DNA of 64,000 bases from Octopus vulgaris (GCA_951406725.2 OX597831.1:22010001-22074000), one strand, 5' to 3'; positions 41,830 to 56,835 are shown, counted from the stretch's first letter. Notes: generated by a model from the sequence alone, not told the origin. Translations and numbers: made by a program.

Positions 41830-41905
<76 letters not shown>

Positions 41906-42155
41906 CATAAATGTGTTTGATCCATGTAAAGAAATATTATGTATGAAGTAAACTGCATTCAAGAAACATCATAATATAACGAAATCCAATTTGGTATATC
42001 AAAGACAACGCATATACCTTACAAATTTCTTCATCTTCCAAAATATTCAATGTATATTTCAACCGTGTATTACATCTCGCATCTCACAAATGGCCCATCT
42101 TTATTTCGTTTTGTATGTGGAATGATTATATATACATACACACATGTATGTATTT

Positions 42156-42216
<61 letters not shown>

Positions 42217-42394
42217 GTATATATACACATATATATACACATACACATATATATAGATATATACATACATATACATATACATGTATATATATATATATAT
42301 AAATATGTATATATATATATATATATATATGCATATCCATACTAACCATATATGCACAAATATATATTACATATACGTACACACACACACATTG

Positions 42395-42429
<35 letters not shown>

Positions 42430-42505
42430 CATACATATATAAATAAATATATATATATAAATATATAAATAAAAATATATACATACATATATATATATAT
42501 ATAAG

Positions 42506-42556
<51 letters not shown>

Positions 42557-42853
42557 TAAATATATATATGTAATATATATATGATTGGTTTTGCGGATGG
42601 GGACAATAAAAACGTAATGCATAAACAACTAAATTATATAAAAGTTGTGTGTGTATTTGCATGCGTGTATGTGGGCGTATGGATGCGTATAAGGATGTGT
42701 GTGCCAGTGGGGGAGGGGGTATGCTACTGTGGGTATGTATGTGAATGGAAACATGTGTAAATACATATTTATTCATAACAAAGGCAGCGTAAATCATTTT
42801 TCCACTCAACCTGCTACAACACTGAAATACACACGCTCACACACATACACACG

Positions 42854-42895
<42 letters not shown>

Positions 42896-43460
42896 TACGT
42901 TTATTTATCACAGTAGATAGTCACTTGAATTGTTGAATACAATCCTGGTAACTATATTCAACGAAAAATCTCGAGAAAAATTATTGAATTATCACATTTT
43001 ATTCTTTTAACCATATATCTTGAGTGAAAATGAGAGAGAAAGGGAGGAATTATGCATACATACATACATACAAACATACATACATACATACATACATACC
43101 TACATACATACATACATACATACATACATACATACATACATACATACATACATACATACATACATACATACATACATACATGCATGCATGCATGCATACA
43201 TACATACATACATACATACCTACATACATACATACATACATACATACATACATACATACATACATACATACATACATACATACATACATACATACATACA
43301 TGCTAATGTGTATAAATATCTATTCAAAAATATATTCTTTTGTAGATATCCATATTTATGTGTGTTAGGAAGAATGCGAAACATTGGTATCTCATTGACA
43401 TTTCAAAAATTTCCTTTTTCCTACACCTGTTCCAACATCTCATAGAAACATTGTTAGCAA

Positions 43461-43960
43461 TATAGGCGCAGGCCTAGCTATAGGCGCAGGCGTGGTTATA
43501 AGTGCAATCATGACTATAGGTGCAGTGGTGGCTACAGGCACAGGCGTAGCTATAGGTGCAGGCATGGGTGGCTACAGGCGCAGGCGTGCCACTGTGATAA
43601 GACTTTTGCTTCCCAACTACATCGTCCCGCGTTCTGTCCCACTGTGTGACACCTTCAGCACGTGTCTTCTAATGTAGCCTTGTACTGACCAAAATGTTGT
43701 GAGTGGATCTGGTAAACGGAAACTAAAAGAAGCCCGTAGTACATATATGTGTGTGCGTATGTGTCTGTCTGTCTGTCTGTCTGTATTTATGTCTTTGTGT
43801 CTACGTATGTCCCCCAGCACCACATGACAACTGGTCTTGGTTTGTTTACAACCTTGCAAAAAAAATTACTGAATAAGTACCAGGCTGAAAAGAAAATAAG
43901 TATGGAGTCTATTCATTCGAATTAAATTCTGCAAGGCCTCACTCAAGATACAAGTAAAGA
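43461..43960 (+). mobile_element. Diverged SINE family A preceded by tandem ~17-18-bp repeats of its own head
   Basis: (taggcgcaggcgtggcta)-like units at 43461-43590, then the SINE body. Confidence 0.75.
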
Positions 43961-44080
43961 GATAAATATACGAGACGCCTATACAGCTAAGTGCCTTATA
44001 GGTTCGAAAGCAAGAGTCACTCTCTGACTGACCATAACAAACAACCTTTTAAATACACATAAACACACACACACATACAC

Positions 44081-44155
<75 letters not shown>

Positions 44156-44162
<7 letters not shown>

Positions 44163-44492
44163 ATATTTCGGAATGGTCATTTTGCCAGTTTAGCCAATAA
44201 AAACACACGCACTATATATTTGGTGTTATTTTGCTTCAGTGTTATTTATTTTTTACATTAATCTTAATCTTATTTCGGCCAAATAAAGCAAAATAAAAAA
44301 AATTAAAAAATTTAAAAAATAAGATTAAGATTAATGTAAAAAATAAATAACACTGAAGCAAAATAACACCAAATATATAATGCGTGTGTGTTTCTTGGCT
44401 AAACTGGCAAAATGACCATTCCGAAATATAACAATATCTGTTTCAACACACGACTTCACATAGAAAATCTTGCACAACAAATATTTAAACGT
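44156..44492 (+). repeat. Fold-back inverted repeat plus tail within (TA)n (PLE-like architecture)
   Basis: Arms ~44156-44276 / ~44317-44436, nearly identical; ~55-bp unpaired tail. Confidence 0.8.
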
Positions 44493-44515
44493 ATATATAT
44501 ATATATGTATATATA

Positions 44516-45075
44516 CAGGGTGCAGTGAATATATTGTCGTCTATATTACGCAAAAATGAAAATAACAGTGACATCTCATTTTAACAGATATAGTTACCAA
44601 AATTACATAAAAAATACCTCGAAATACTGAAGAGTAAATTTATTCAATAAAATCGCCATTGGCTTCAACCACGGATTCCAGACAATTTGGAATCTCCTAC
44701 GACTCTTCTGGACGGTCACCTTGTTTAAGTTTGTGAATGCTGCCATAACCCTTGGTGTTGCAAGACGTTTTGTTGGTCTGTCGCTCAACTGCGTCTCACA
44801 CATAATAATCAAGGGGGTTGCAGTCTGGGGTGATAAGTGGCCAGATGTTAGGGATGGTGTGGTCGCAGAAATGTGGAAAGATAAATGGAGATATAACGTC
44901 GCCATCACTAATGATCACTCCAGACACCATGATGTTGACCGGATGTTTGATTTTTATCACTCTCAGTATATGTACTGTCCTCAGATTGACACCCAAACAA
45001 TCTGAAATGTTCGTACTAGAACTTCGGGCGCAAAATGACTTTTTTCTGTCAAAACGCGAAAATAACTGACCAACG
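44516..45075 (-). mobile_element. Tc1/mariner-superfamily deleted transposon
   Basis: TA-CAGGGTG end; KIKHPVNIMVSGVIISDGDVISPFIF and IWPLITPDCNPLDYYV (WPxxSPDLNP motif). Confidence 0.8.
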
Positions 45076-45540
45076 AAAAAAAAGCGAACAAAGATGAACC
45101 ATCCCACTTCCATTGCGCGCGCATACGCACACACACACAAACATACACACACACACACACACACACGCAAACACACACACACACGCACACACAGACGCAC
45201 ATTCACATACGCCTCTTTTACATACACGCACATATATTCACACAGAGTTGAAACGCTGTTTGATTTATTTTTTCAGCGTACAATTTTTATCATCTCACTA
45301 CCAAGTATGACATAACCCCTTCCTTCCTTCCTTATCCATCTATCACCCATTCCTTTCTCATTCATAAACACAAGAGTATTATTATAGTAGATTATATCGG
45401 TAACCATGGGAGTTATGAAAAAATACAAAGCCCAGCAACACCACCTGATAATTCTACTCATCTGTGTATTTTTTCGCGCAATTCCACCCAGCCGTTTGAC
45501 CGCGAATCTCAATACAAGAAAGAATCGCCCATGTCAAATT

Positions 45541-45641
<101 letters not shown>

Positions 45642-46114
45642 CTAGACTATTTTGTCGCGAATCGAATTTAAAAGTGTTCACAAACTTTTAAAAATGTGAT
45701 GAGTACTCTTTTTTTCCTGATACAAGCAACTGTTCCATGTAACAATATGCATTATTTAGTAGATCGAGACGTGACCTACACATTTAAGTATGTTAAAAAT
45801 TGAATACTGTTGTTAACTGTCTAATACGATGTGGTACATGATATATGATATATGATAAACACACGCACACACACACACATTTACTCACTCACTCACATTC
45901 AAACACACACAAACACACACACCTACAAGCACACAAACACATACACACACTCACTCACTCTGACTCACATTCACACAGACACATAGGCACATACACACAC
46001 ACACACACGCAGAAATACAAACACAAACACACACACACATACAAACTTACAAATACTTGTATGCATGTATGTGCAGATGTATGCATGTATGTATGTGCAG
46101 ATGTATGTATATGC

Positions 46115-46166
<52 letters not shown>

Positions 46167-46171
46167 CGATC

Positions 46172-46209
<38 letters not shown>

Positions 46210-46217
46210 CAGATAGA

Positions 46218-46290
46218 TATGTTTCTTTATTAGCCACACAGGGCTGCACACAGATAGAACAAATTACAAGGTAGAGCTTTTCTTTTGAAG

Positions 46291-46325
<35 letters not shown>

Positions 46326-47497
46326 GGAGTTTCGATCAAAAGGGATCGTAAAAGGAGAGAAAGAGGACAAAAAAAAGGGGGTTAAAAAAAGGGGGAGAGG
46401 AAAAAAAATTGATCAATAGGGATCGTTATCACAGAAATGTCAATATGAAGTGTAAAGGGGAGGACAGGTGAGGTTTACCCGTGGAAAGAAAAGCCTACGG
46501 AAAAGACCACGGTAACCTCGGTCAATGATGTCACATTTTATATTTCTTTTTTTTTTTTGCAAATAAGCAACTCTGTGTTTTCGATTTCTGGGTTCATAGG
46601 ACTATGCTCAAGGTGGCTTCGTCATTCATACGCGCCATTCTTGCTACATTCACCCATCTTTTTTTAAAACATTCGCTAGACAAAACTTGCCTCTCTACTC
46701 TCACTTTCCTTTTCAAGTGGTACTTGAAGAAGTTGATGAGAGATTGACCAGAGAGGAAAGTGTTTGTCTCCAATCCTTTCAGACGCGTCCACCAGATACA
46801 TTCTTTCGCCATAGCCACAAGGATGATGAAAATAGCTCTTCCTTCCCGTTTGAAGGAAGGAGGCGTGACAATATTGACGATAGTCTCAGCTGATAAACCG
46901 ACTCGTCCCACACGTGACAGCAGTTGTTCGACATAAGCCCACAGGTCGGAAATTGTTGGACACTGAACGAGTGCGTGCAGAACGGTTTCGTCGCTCTGAC
47001 CGCATCTCGGGCAGGTCGGCCCCGTGTTTCTCGAGCCGTGTCTGTAGAGCTTATCCCGAACGGGTAGCGCTTCTCGGTAGCACTGCCAGGCCAGGGATCT
47101 CTGGAAGTTGTCCATGGGCCCTGGCCCGAAAGTCGTCCTGAACAGGCGGGTCAGGTACTCCTCGTCGACGTCCAGGTTCGCCCCGAGCTCGTCGTCGTAC
47201 CTCCCCTCCACTAAACCCCTATAGAATGCTTTGGTTGTGTTGAAGTCACTTAAGGTCGACCCAGGACGGCAGAGTTGCTTGAGAGCAACGCGACACTCGC
47301 GGTGCCATTCGCCCTTCCTCGGCCTCTTTTTGATCCACGACTGCAGTTCGGTCATGGAGACGAGCTGCGGGAAAGCGTGCCTCACAAACGGCGACCACAC
47401 CTGTTCACCGTCGTCTACATAGAGCCAGAGATGCCGCAGTCTCAGCGCGTGTCTGCGCATCATCAACCACGGCATGCCCAGCCCTCCTTTTAACGGG
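46218..47497 (-). mobile_element. 5'-truncated Tx1/L1-type LINE with open ORF2 C-terminus (46594-47497) inserted in (GATA)n
   Basis: [23 protein letters not shown] and zinc knuckle [18 protein letters not shown]; ~300 codons without stops. The N-terminal LSIY repeats of the listed ORF are flanking microsatellite. Confidence 0.9.
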
Positions 47498-47498
47498 T

Positions 47499-47591
<93 letters not shown>

Positions 47592-47592
47592 A

Positions 47593-48540
<948 letters not shown>

Positions 48541-48589
48541 TCTTTTGGTTTTGATGAGAAGAGGGATGAGAGGTCAGTTTTGACCTCTT

Positions 48590-49450
48590 TGGGGCATTTG
48601 AGTACTAATCCATCTAAATGATTCTATACGCTTCGAAACAAATGGTAATCAGGAGAGAGGTCTGCGTAATAAGGTGTCAGAGGGATTTTTTCCCAGCCAA
48701 GTTCTTCAATGTTTTCTAATGTAATCTTTGCAGTGAGGGGCTTTGCATTATTATGATGAAGCACCACTCACTTGCGATTCGCCAAAGCAGACCATTTTTA
48801 ATTCAAAGCAGTATCCAAACCCTCTAACTGTTCGCAAAAGTGTGAGCAGTAATTGCTTTTTTAGTTGGTAGCAGCTTAAAGTGGATCACAACAATGCAAT
48901 CTCATCAAACAAAAAGAGGAACCTTTTTTGCATGGAGGTCCCTTTTGCGTTGTGATCTAGCCTGTTCTCTAAGCCTAAGCTATTGCCTGCATCGCTTAAC
49001 ATCTCCATAAAAAGTCCATCTTTCATCACCAGTCCCTAACCTGTTCAGAAATGGTGAGATACGTTCACAAGAGTGAAGAGATGAGCAGATGCTCCCTCGT
49101 GATTTTCGATTGTCGTCTGTCAAATCATGGGGAACCTATTTTCCAAGTTGGGGCACATTTCCAAGCTGTTAAAGATGGCGGTGAATAGTTGAATAGTTTA
49201 AATTGAACTTGCTTGCCAATTCTTCAACTGACACAGCATTATCCTTCTCAAGCTCTAACAAAAGAAGCTCAGCATGAAATTCGTGGCCTCTCTCTTAGAC
49301 TGAAGTCGCCAGTTTTGAACTTTACAAACCATCATCTACAGTAAGGTTATTTCTGGTTACTCTTACTCTAGTTTCCCTTTTTGAACTTATAAAGCGTAAA
49401 TCTGCTTTAAATGATACTTCGATGCGTCCATCTTTGAGGGTTTAATATCA
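48590..49450 (-). mobile_element. Second mariner relic
   Basis: TGDERW, LHHNNAKP and PYYADLSPDYHLFRS on the minus strand. Confidence 0.7.
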
Positions 49451-49607
49451 ATTACTTCAGATTATTTCATAAAAAGAATTTATATGAAGTTAAAGGTTTC
49501 CAATTTCATGTATCTCAATTAATACCATATGACATTTAGAATACTGTAAAATTTGATAGAAATTACATATATGATATTTCGGGCATTGTTTATGAGATGA
49601 CGTGACA

Positions 49608-49728
<121 letters not shown>

Positions 49729-50048
49729 TTCTGTCTGTCTTTCTATCTATCTGTCTATCCATGTATCTATCTGTTTGTCTTTCTATCTATCTATCTACTT
49801 ATACACACACACACATATATATTGTGCAGGTAGCTGAGGCGTAATTTGTAGTCAGAAAATGTCTAATTATGTAGACAGGTAAGGATATTGATTGTTAAGT
49901 AACTACTAATATATGATTTATTGTGGGAGAAGGTTGACAGTTGTATAAGTTATCACGTAAGATAAATATTAAGATATACATTGAATCTGTTTACAAATGT
50001 AAGTGTGCGCTTATATATATATATATGTGTGTGTGTGTGTATACATAA

Positions 50049-50092
<44 letters not shown>

Positions 50093-50099
50093 GCGCACT

Positions 50100-50177
<78 letters not shown>

Positions 50178-50182
<5 letters not shown>

Positions 50183-50412
50183 TGAAATGGATAAATGAAT
50201 TATCTTCTTAAGGATTATTCAAAATTTAACCGATCCCGGGTAGCAAAATCACAACAGAAAAGACACGGTTGAAGTTACGACCTTGGGGTGTCTCAACCGT
50301 GCCTTAGCGCGGATAATTGAAGTTCAATATATTTAGTGAAGGGAAGAAATGGAGCTGAACGAAGATAATAAAAGGAATTATGTAGAATCTTCGTTCAGCT
50401 CCATTTCTTCCT

Positions 50413-50418
<6 letters not shown>
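50178..50418 (-). repeat. Short fold-back insert in (TA)n
   Basis: tagtgaagggaagaaatggagctgaacgaagat (~50334-50366) inverted at ~50387-50418, with a ~155-bp tail. Confidence 0.75.
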
Positions 50419-50482
<64 letters not shown>

Positions 50483-50584
50483 TTTGTGAACGTAAAAAAT
50501 CCGTAAATAGATATGCATGTGGGTGCGTACACAGGCGAACAGAGAGACAGATAGACAGAGAGACAGATAGACAGACAGACAGAC

Positions 50585-50658
<74 letters not shown>

Positions 50659-50933
50659 TTCCACAAACGCTTATATCTTCAAGTTCCTTTTCTTTCGCAG
50701 CTGGAAATTTCTGTTAGCAAAAGTTAATTTTTCTCCTAAAAAGATGTTAACAGAAATATCTAAGATGTTATCTTCAACAAGAGTAGTACGTCTGCGTTTT
50801 TATACATTCGCGGCTTAACGAACACTAACCTTCGTACATTATTGTTAGTGAGATCATGTGTACATTTTTAAACCAGATGTCAGCACAGATTGTGTATGAA
50901 ACGAACGGAACAAAATTGTTTTATTATATAACG

Positions 50934-51266
50934 ATGGCTCAGTGGTTAGAGCGTCGAGCTTACGATCGTGAGGTTGTGAGCTCGAATCCCGGACCGGGCT
51001 GCGTGTTGTGATTTGAGCAAGGCACTTTATTTCACGTTGCTCCAGTTCACTCAGCTGTAGATGTGAGTTGCGACGTCACAGGTGCCAAACTGTATCGACC
51101 TTACTCTTTCCCTTGGATAACACTGGTGGCGTGGAGAGGGGAGGCTAGTATGCATGGGCGACTGCTGGTCTTCCATAAACAACCTTGCCCGGACTTGTGT
51201 CTAGGAGGGTAACTTTCTAGGTGCAATCCCATGGTCATTCATGACCGAAGGGGATCTTCACCCTTT
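50934..51266 (+). mobile_element. SINE family C
   Basis: tggctcagtggttagagcgtcg head; homologous to 3215-3526. Confidence 0.85.
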
Positions 51267-51349
51267 ATTGCAATATAACTTGTAATTTAGTTTCTTGTGT
51301 TATGTTACAAAGGTAACACAGAAATTCGAGAAAATTTTTCAGAATATAT

Positions 51350-51952
51350 ATTTCTTTATTGCCCACAAGGGGCTACACACAGAGGGGAAAAACAAGGACA
51401 AACAAACGGATTAAGACGATTACATCGACCCCAGTGCGCAACTGGTACTTATTTAATCGACCCCGAAAGGATGAAAGGCAAAGTCGACCTCGGCGGAATT
51501 TGAACTCAGAACGTAGCGGCAGATGAAATACCTATTTCTTTACTACCCAAAAGGGGCTAACCACAGAGAGGACAAACAAGAACAGACAAACGGATTAAGT
51601 CGATTATATCGACCCCCAGTGCGTAACTGGTACTTATTTAATCGACCCCGAAAGGATGAAATAGGCAAAGTCGACCTCGGCGGAATTTGAACTCAGAACG
51701 TAGCGGCAGATGAAATACCTATTTATTTACTACCCAAAAGGGGCTAAACACAGAGAGGACAAACAAGAACAGACAAACGGATTAAGTCGATTACATCAAG
51801 ACCCAGTGCGCAACTGGTACTTATTTAATTGACCCCGAAAGGATGAAAGGCAAAGTCGACCTCGGCGGGATTTGAACTCACAACGTAACAGCAGACGAAA
51901 TACTGCTATGAACTTCGCCCGGCGTGCTAACGTTTCTGCCAGCTCGCCGTCT
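51350..51952 (-). mobile_element. Trimer of SINE family D
   Basis: Units ~51350-51531, 51532-51719 and 51720-51952; only the last has the complete head. Confidence 0.9.
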
Positions 51953-52150
51953 TCGGAATATTCCAAATTTTTCAGAATATTCCGAATGCTACACTAGATG
52001 CTAAGCATTTTTAAATATTCATAGTCCTGTCTTAGTAAAGACACATGTGTATCCACATATTCGTACTCTAATATGTATATGTAAAGAAGAGAGTGATGCG
52101 TATCTACGTGTATTCAACTACATATTCATGTACGTATACATATATACATA

Positions 52151-52706
52151 TTGGGTTGTCCGGAAATTTTGTGCCGATTTATAGTAGCTTACCTTTCGAC
52201 TTGGTTGAGTCTATAAATTTAGGATTTGACTACACCTCAATTTAGAGCACAGTTTAAGCTATCTCTACGTGGAAGAAGGTTTATGTTCCAATAACCTGTG
52301 TTAATTTTGTAACCCTTTGAAATGGAAGATAAGAAAGTTCATTTTCGGTACTTGATGCTTTGGGAACCAGACAAAAATTGCTGCAGCTCGGCTGGGACGT
52401 GTTATCCCACCCTCCATATTCACCACATATATTGCTGCTTCGGATTTCCACTTATTCAGCTCTCTGCAGAATAGTCTTAATGGTAAAAGTTTCAATTGCT
52501 TGGATGACGTGAAAATATACCTTGATGAATTCATTGTCATGAAACCACCTCAATTCTGGGAAGAGGGTATTTTCAAGTTAAAGGAAAGATGGAGACACAT
52601 TGTGCAACGAATGGTTCATATTTGGTTGATTACAAATGTAATGGCAAGTATTTATTGACCTTTTTCTTTCCTTTAAAAATCAGCATGAACTTTCCGGACA
52701 ACCCAA
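52151..52706 (+). mobile_element. Internally deleted mariner (MITE-sized) with both TIRs and TA duplication
   Basis: TA|ttgggttgtccggaaa...tttccggacaacccaa|TA; HPPYSPHIAASDFHLFSSLQNSL. Confidence 0.92.
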
Positions 52707-52836
52707 TATACATACATACATACATACGTACATACATACATGCATACATACATACACACACACACACACACATACATACATACATACATACACACATACA
52801 TACACACATACATACACACATACATACATACATACA

Positions 52837-52868
<32 letters not shown>

Positions 52869-53287
52869 CATACATATACATATATATATATAATCAAAAT
52901 AAGCACTAACTCATCCCTTACAACACTATGACCCCAATAGTCCTTAGGTGATTCTGAGAAGTGTATTCTTACCTACATTAGCGACAACATGAATTTCTTC
53001 CATCTTCTTGCTCTGTTAAAATATTTGAGAAAAATTATAATAATGTGTCCTACTTGTTAAAATTCTATTTATTTATATATTAATTTGTGCAGCTGAAGAT
53101 GGCACTGCATTTAAATTGATGTAATGATTGCATTGGTCATTTAAATAGAGCCGCTTGAAACGGTCGTTGTGCATTACTACTTGATATCCTTTGCTTATCT
53201 TGATTTCATTTACCTTACTTCGAGCTGTGCGGATAATACCGGACTGACTTGGTGCTTCAACTTAAGTACCTAATTCAACTGAATCTC

Positions 53288-53386
<99 letters not shown>

Positions 53387-54860
53387 AGAGAGAGAGAGAG
53401 ACAGATAGATAGATAGATATAACAAGTAAAATAGCTTATTTAGAAAATCTGTATAAGAGATGAAATCAGTAACTATGCGGTTATAAATGTTACTATGCAA
53501 CAGTCTTATGATCATAAATGAATGGTCGAAATTTATGTCGATATGCCATTGTATTCAAATCTACAATTACATGTAAGGAATTTAACTATATATATATGTA
53601 AAGAATTTAACTCTATTTAACTCTTTTGATACGCTGATGAGTTCTATTCTAAAATTCTTTTCGTGGCAATTTATACCTCGAATAATGAATAGTCCATTAT
53701 CACATTACATACTGAATTCTGCTTAGCGGAAGAGCTTCCAAAGTATGTATAAGATGTGCAACTCTATCAACTGACAAATATCATCTCCATCGTTCGATTC
53801 CATAGTTACATCATACAATTCTTGGCCATTACCTTTTACACCTCATCACTACCTCCACAATCATCCCCACCACACCACTAAAAATCATCTTGAAGCTAGC
53901 AAAGATTGTCTAGCATGCATACTAATATAAATGCCAGACTCGGTAATTGCGATAAAATGCTGTCGAAATAAAAACTTTTTCGCTATATCAAACTACGATT
54001 TTTGTGTTTATTGTTGTTTATTATTTATGTTATTGATAGCTGATAAACTATTATTCCGCCAGGAAAACAAGTGATGTGTTGAAGGGTAACATTGATGTGT
54101 TGTAAAATATTTTTACACAACCTTTCTATCTCACTTTCCTAATCTGTTATTGACAAAAAAATTATTTCTATTATCATCAAGTGTAATGTATGGTTAATGT
54201 AAAACTGACGTTTCTACTCAATCGTTCACTTAAGGATTGTAAGCTTGTGAATTGATATATGTTAAGTACTAACGTCGAGTTTCTCATAGTTGTTGGCGAT
54301 ATTCTTAACGGAAATGCTCTTGTGCCGTGTACGACCGCCAGTTTCTTTCATTTTTTTTTTGGCGTTTCGTTCAAAGAAACATATGAATATGTTTTGAATG
54401 GTGAAATTTTGCTGAATCCTCTTGTAATACTGCTTGGAAGTTGTTTGATGACTTAAAAAAGGACAGGCTCATAATGTCTCACTTCTTTGTTGTGTGAAAA
54501 AGACATTTAAAATACCTAACGCTGAACATCATTTTCTTAGTGTAGCTTATACTTCTGTGTCGAGAGAAATCAGATATGACTTTGATTTTGTTCCGTCTTG
54601 TCTTGTCTTCTAAAGCAGATACTTAATGTGCTCCCTTTTGAATGGTTTTGTGCGATACTATGAAGAAATTTTGTAAGCTGCCGTTCCATCAATTTTGTAG
54701 CATCATCTCTTAACGGTGCTCGACAAATTAAGATGCGATATATGAATTAATGAAGTTTGTGTTTAGAAACGAAGAAATACTCATAACGACATCAGTGGCA
54801 GACGCCATTAGAAAAACTTATATCTATTTGCAAAGGAGCCTTCACTTTCATCGCTACCTG

Positions 54861-54917
54861 GTGGTTACCGCCCGTTGACGAGGGACAACCATCCCGAAAC
54901 TAGTTCGAGCGTATCAC
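54861..54917 (+). ncRNA. Minimal hammerhead-like motif (C3U)
   Basis: cgcccg-TTGACGA-ggga caacca tccc-GAAA-ctag-TT-cgagcg; stem I extends as gtggt/atcac. Confidence 0.65.
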
Positions 54918-55255
54918 TCAGGCTTGCGAGGAAGGGATGGCCTCCCTTTGCAAATACTCCAAAGACACAGATATTGTGTTTAGAGCCAGCTAGAGACGAA
55001 GATCTCTTGAGGCTATAAAGCTACAGTAACAACCCCCTCCCCAATGTAGTTAGCCATGATAAGATGGCTTCTATACTTTACATAAACAATAGAGTTTTAT
55101 TAGAAACTGAAGGTTTTCCGGATCATTATTCTGTGTTTCATGTTGCTGAGTATTCAATCAAAGTAGAGAATAGCCTGACTGTAAATAAGCAAAAATATTC
55201 GTAAATGTCGTAAACACGTAGAAGTATAGTTATTCATCGAAATTTCATTACTTAC

Positions 55256-55307
<52 letters not shown>

Positions 55308-56179
55308 GTCATTATTATCATTATTATTTCTATCATCATCATTTATTGCTGTTTGCCACCATTGCTGTTGTTCTGTTGAAGTTGTTGAAGTTGCGTTGTT
55401 GCCCACATAATATTAATGAACGCTGTGCATTTCGTTGCCATAATCAAATTCAATATATTTGTTCTAATACTTCTGAGACTCTATACAAAATAAAAAGCTA
55501 ATAAAACAACGCTTTTGTCTAAATTCTTCGTTTCCGCATCACGCTCATTGGTCGTCTGCTTTTTCACAAATAACTTAATAGCGAATCTAAAAGCAAACAA
55601 ATTAAGTTAGCTCCTGCTTGGGGCGATCTACCATATCTTCTGTTGGTTGAAATGAACGAGATATTCTCAGGATCTTAAAGCTTTTAGATAATCTAATATG
55701 GATAAGAAATACAGTTAGCATCGGCATTGATTATATAACCAATCTTAGCATTCACGAAGTTTCTAGTATATATTATTTTATTTTTTCATTATTTACCTTC
55801 TGTTGTCATTTTTTCTTGGGCATTTCAGTACAGACAAATACAAAATTCAATGAATTCTGTTTGATCACCGATAATTGGTGTTTTTCAGGGATATTTAATC
55901 ATTTTTTTTTACTCTTCAACCATTTTAATATTTATTGGACTAATGATTATTATTACATTCCTACCTTCCTGTCTTTTTTTTTTTTTTTCTTATTTGAAAC
56001 TTGATGATATACAAACGAAAAATAATCTGCAATGTTTAATTTATGTTCAATTTCTCCTTGCAATACGATGAAGGTAAATCTTTCACACTTTCTAGCACGC
56101 TTTCTTATTATTGTAAAAGAGATGTGACATACAGCGCGCACCAAAAGTTGGGCACCAAAATGTTGGATATTTTATTTAT

Positions 56180-56194
56180 ATCACATTATTATTA

Positions 56195-56241
<47 letters not shown>

Positions 56242-56287
56242 ATTGTTGTTGTTATTATTATTATTATTATTATTATTAATATTGTTG

Positions 56288-56327
<40 letters not shown>

Positions 56328-56352
56328 GATGATGATGATGATGATGACAATG

Positions 56353-56399
<47 letters not shown>

Positions 56400-56481
56400 G
56401 ATGATGATGATGATGACGATGATTATTATTATTATTACTATTATTATTATTATGATGATGATGATGATGATGATGACGATG

Positions 56482-56522
<41 letters not shown>

Positions 56523-56553
56523 GATGATGATGATGATGATGATGATGACGATG

Positions 56554-56594
<41 letters not shown>

Positions 56595-56646
56595 GATGAT
56601 GATGATGATGATGATGACGATGATGATTATTATTATTATTATTATT
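56180..56646. repeat. Higher-order (ATT)n(ATG)n compound array
   Basis: ~60-70-bp blocks of ATT and ATG runs with gacgat junctions, repeated about five times. Confidence 0.85.
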
Positions 56647-56760
56647 GAGTGAGTGAGTGAGAGCGTAGCGCATGCCATCAAAGTGACACTGGGGTAACAT
56701 ACTAAACCCAGTATATCCATCATGACTACCCGTCTGATAAGGGTACACCAAACACGTGCA
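56647..56760 (-). mobile_element. Family E 3' fragment
   Basis: catcaaagtgacactgg...gactacccgtctgataagggtacacca. Confidence 0.8.
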
Positions 56761-56835
56761 TTACATTATTATCATTATTGTTGTTGTTGTTGCTGTTGTT
56801 GTTGTTGTTGTTGTTCTTATTCTTGTTCTTGTTAT

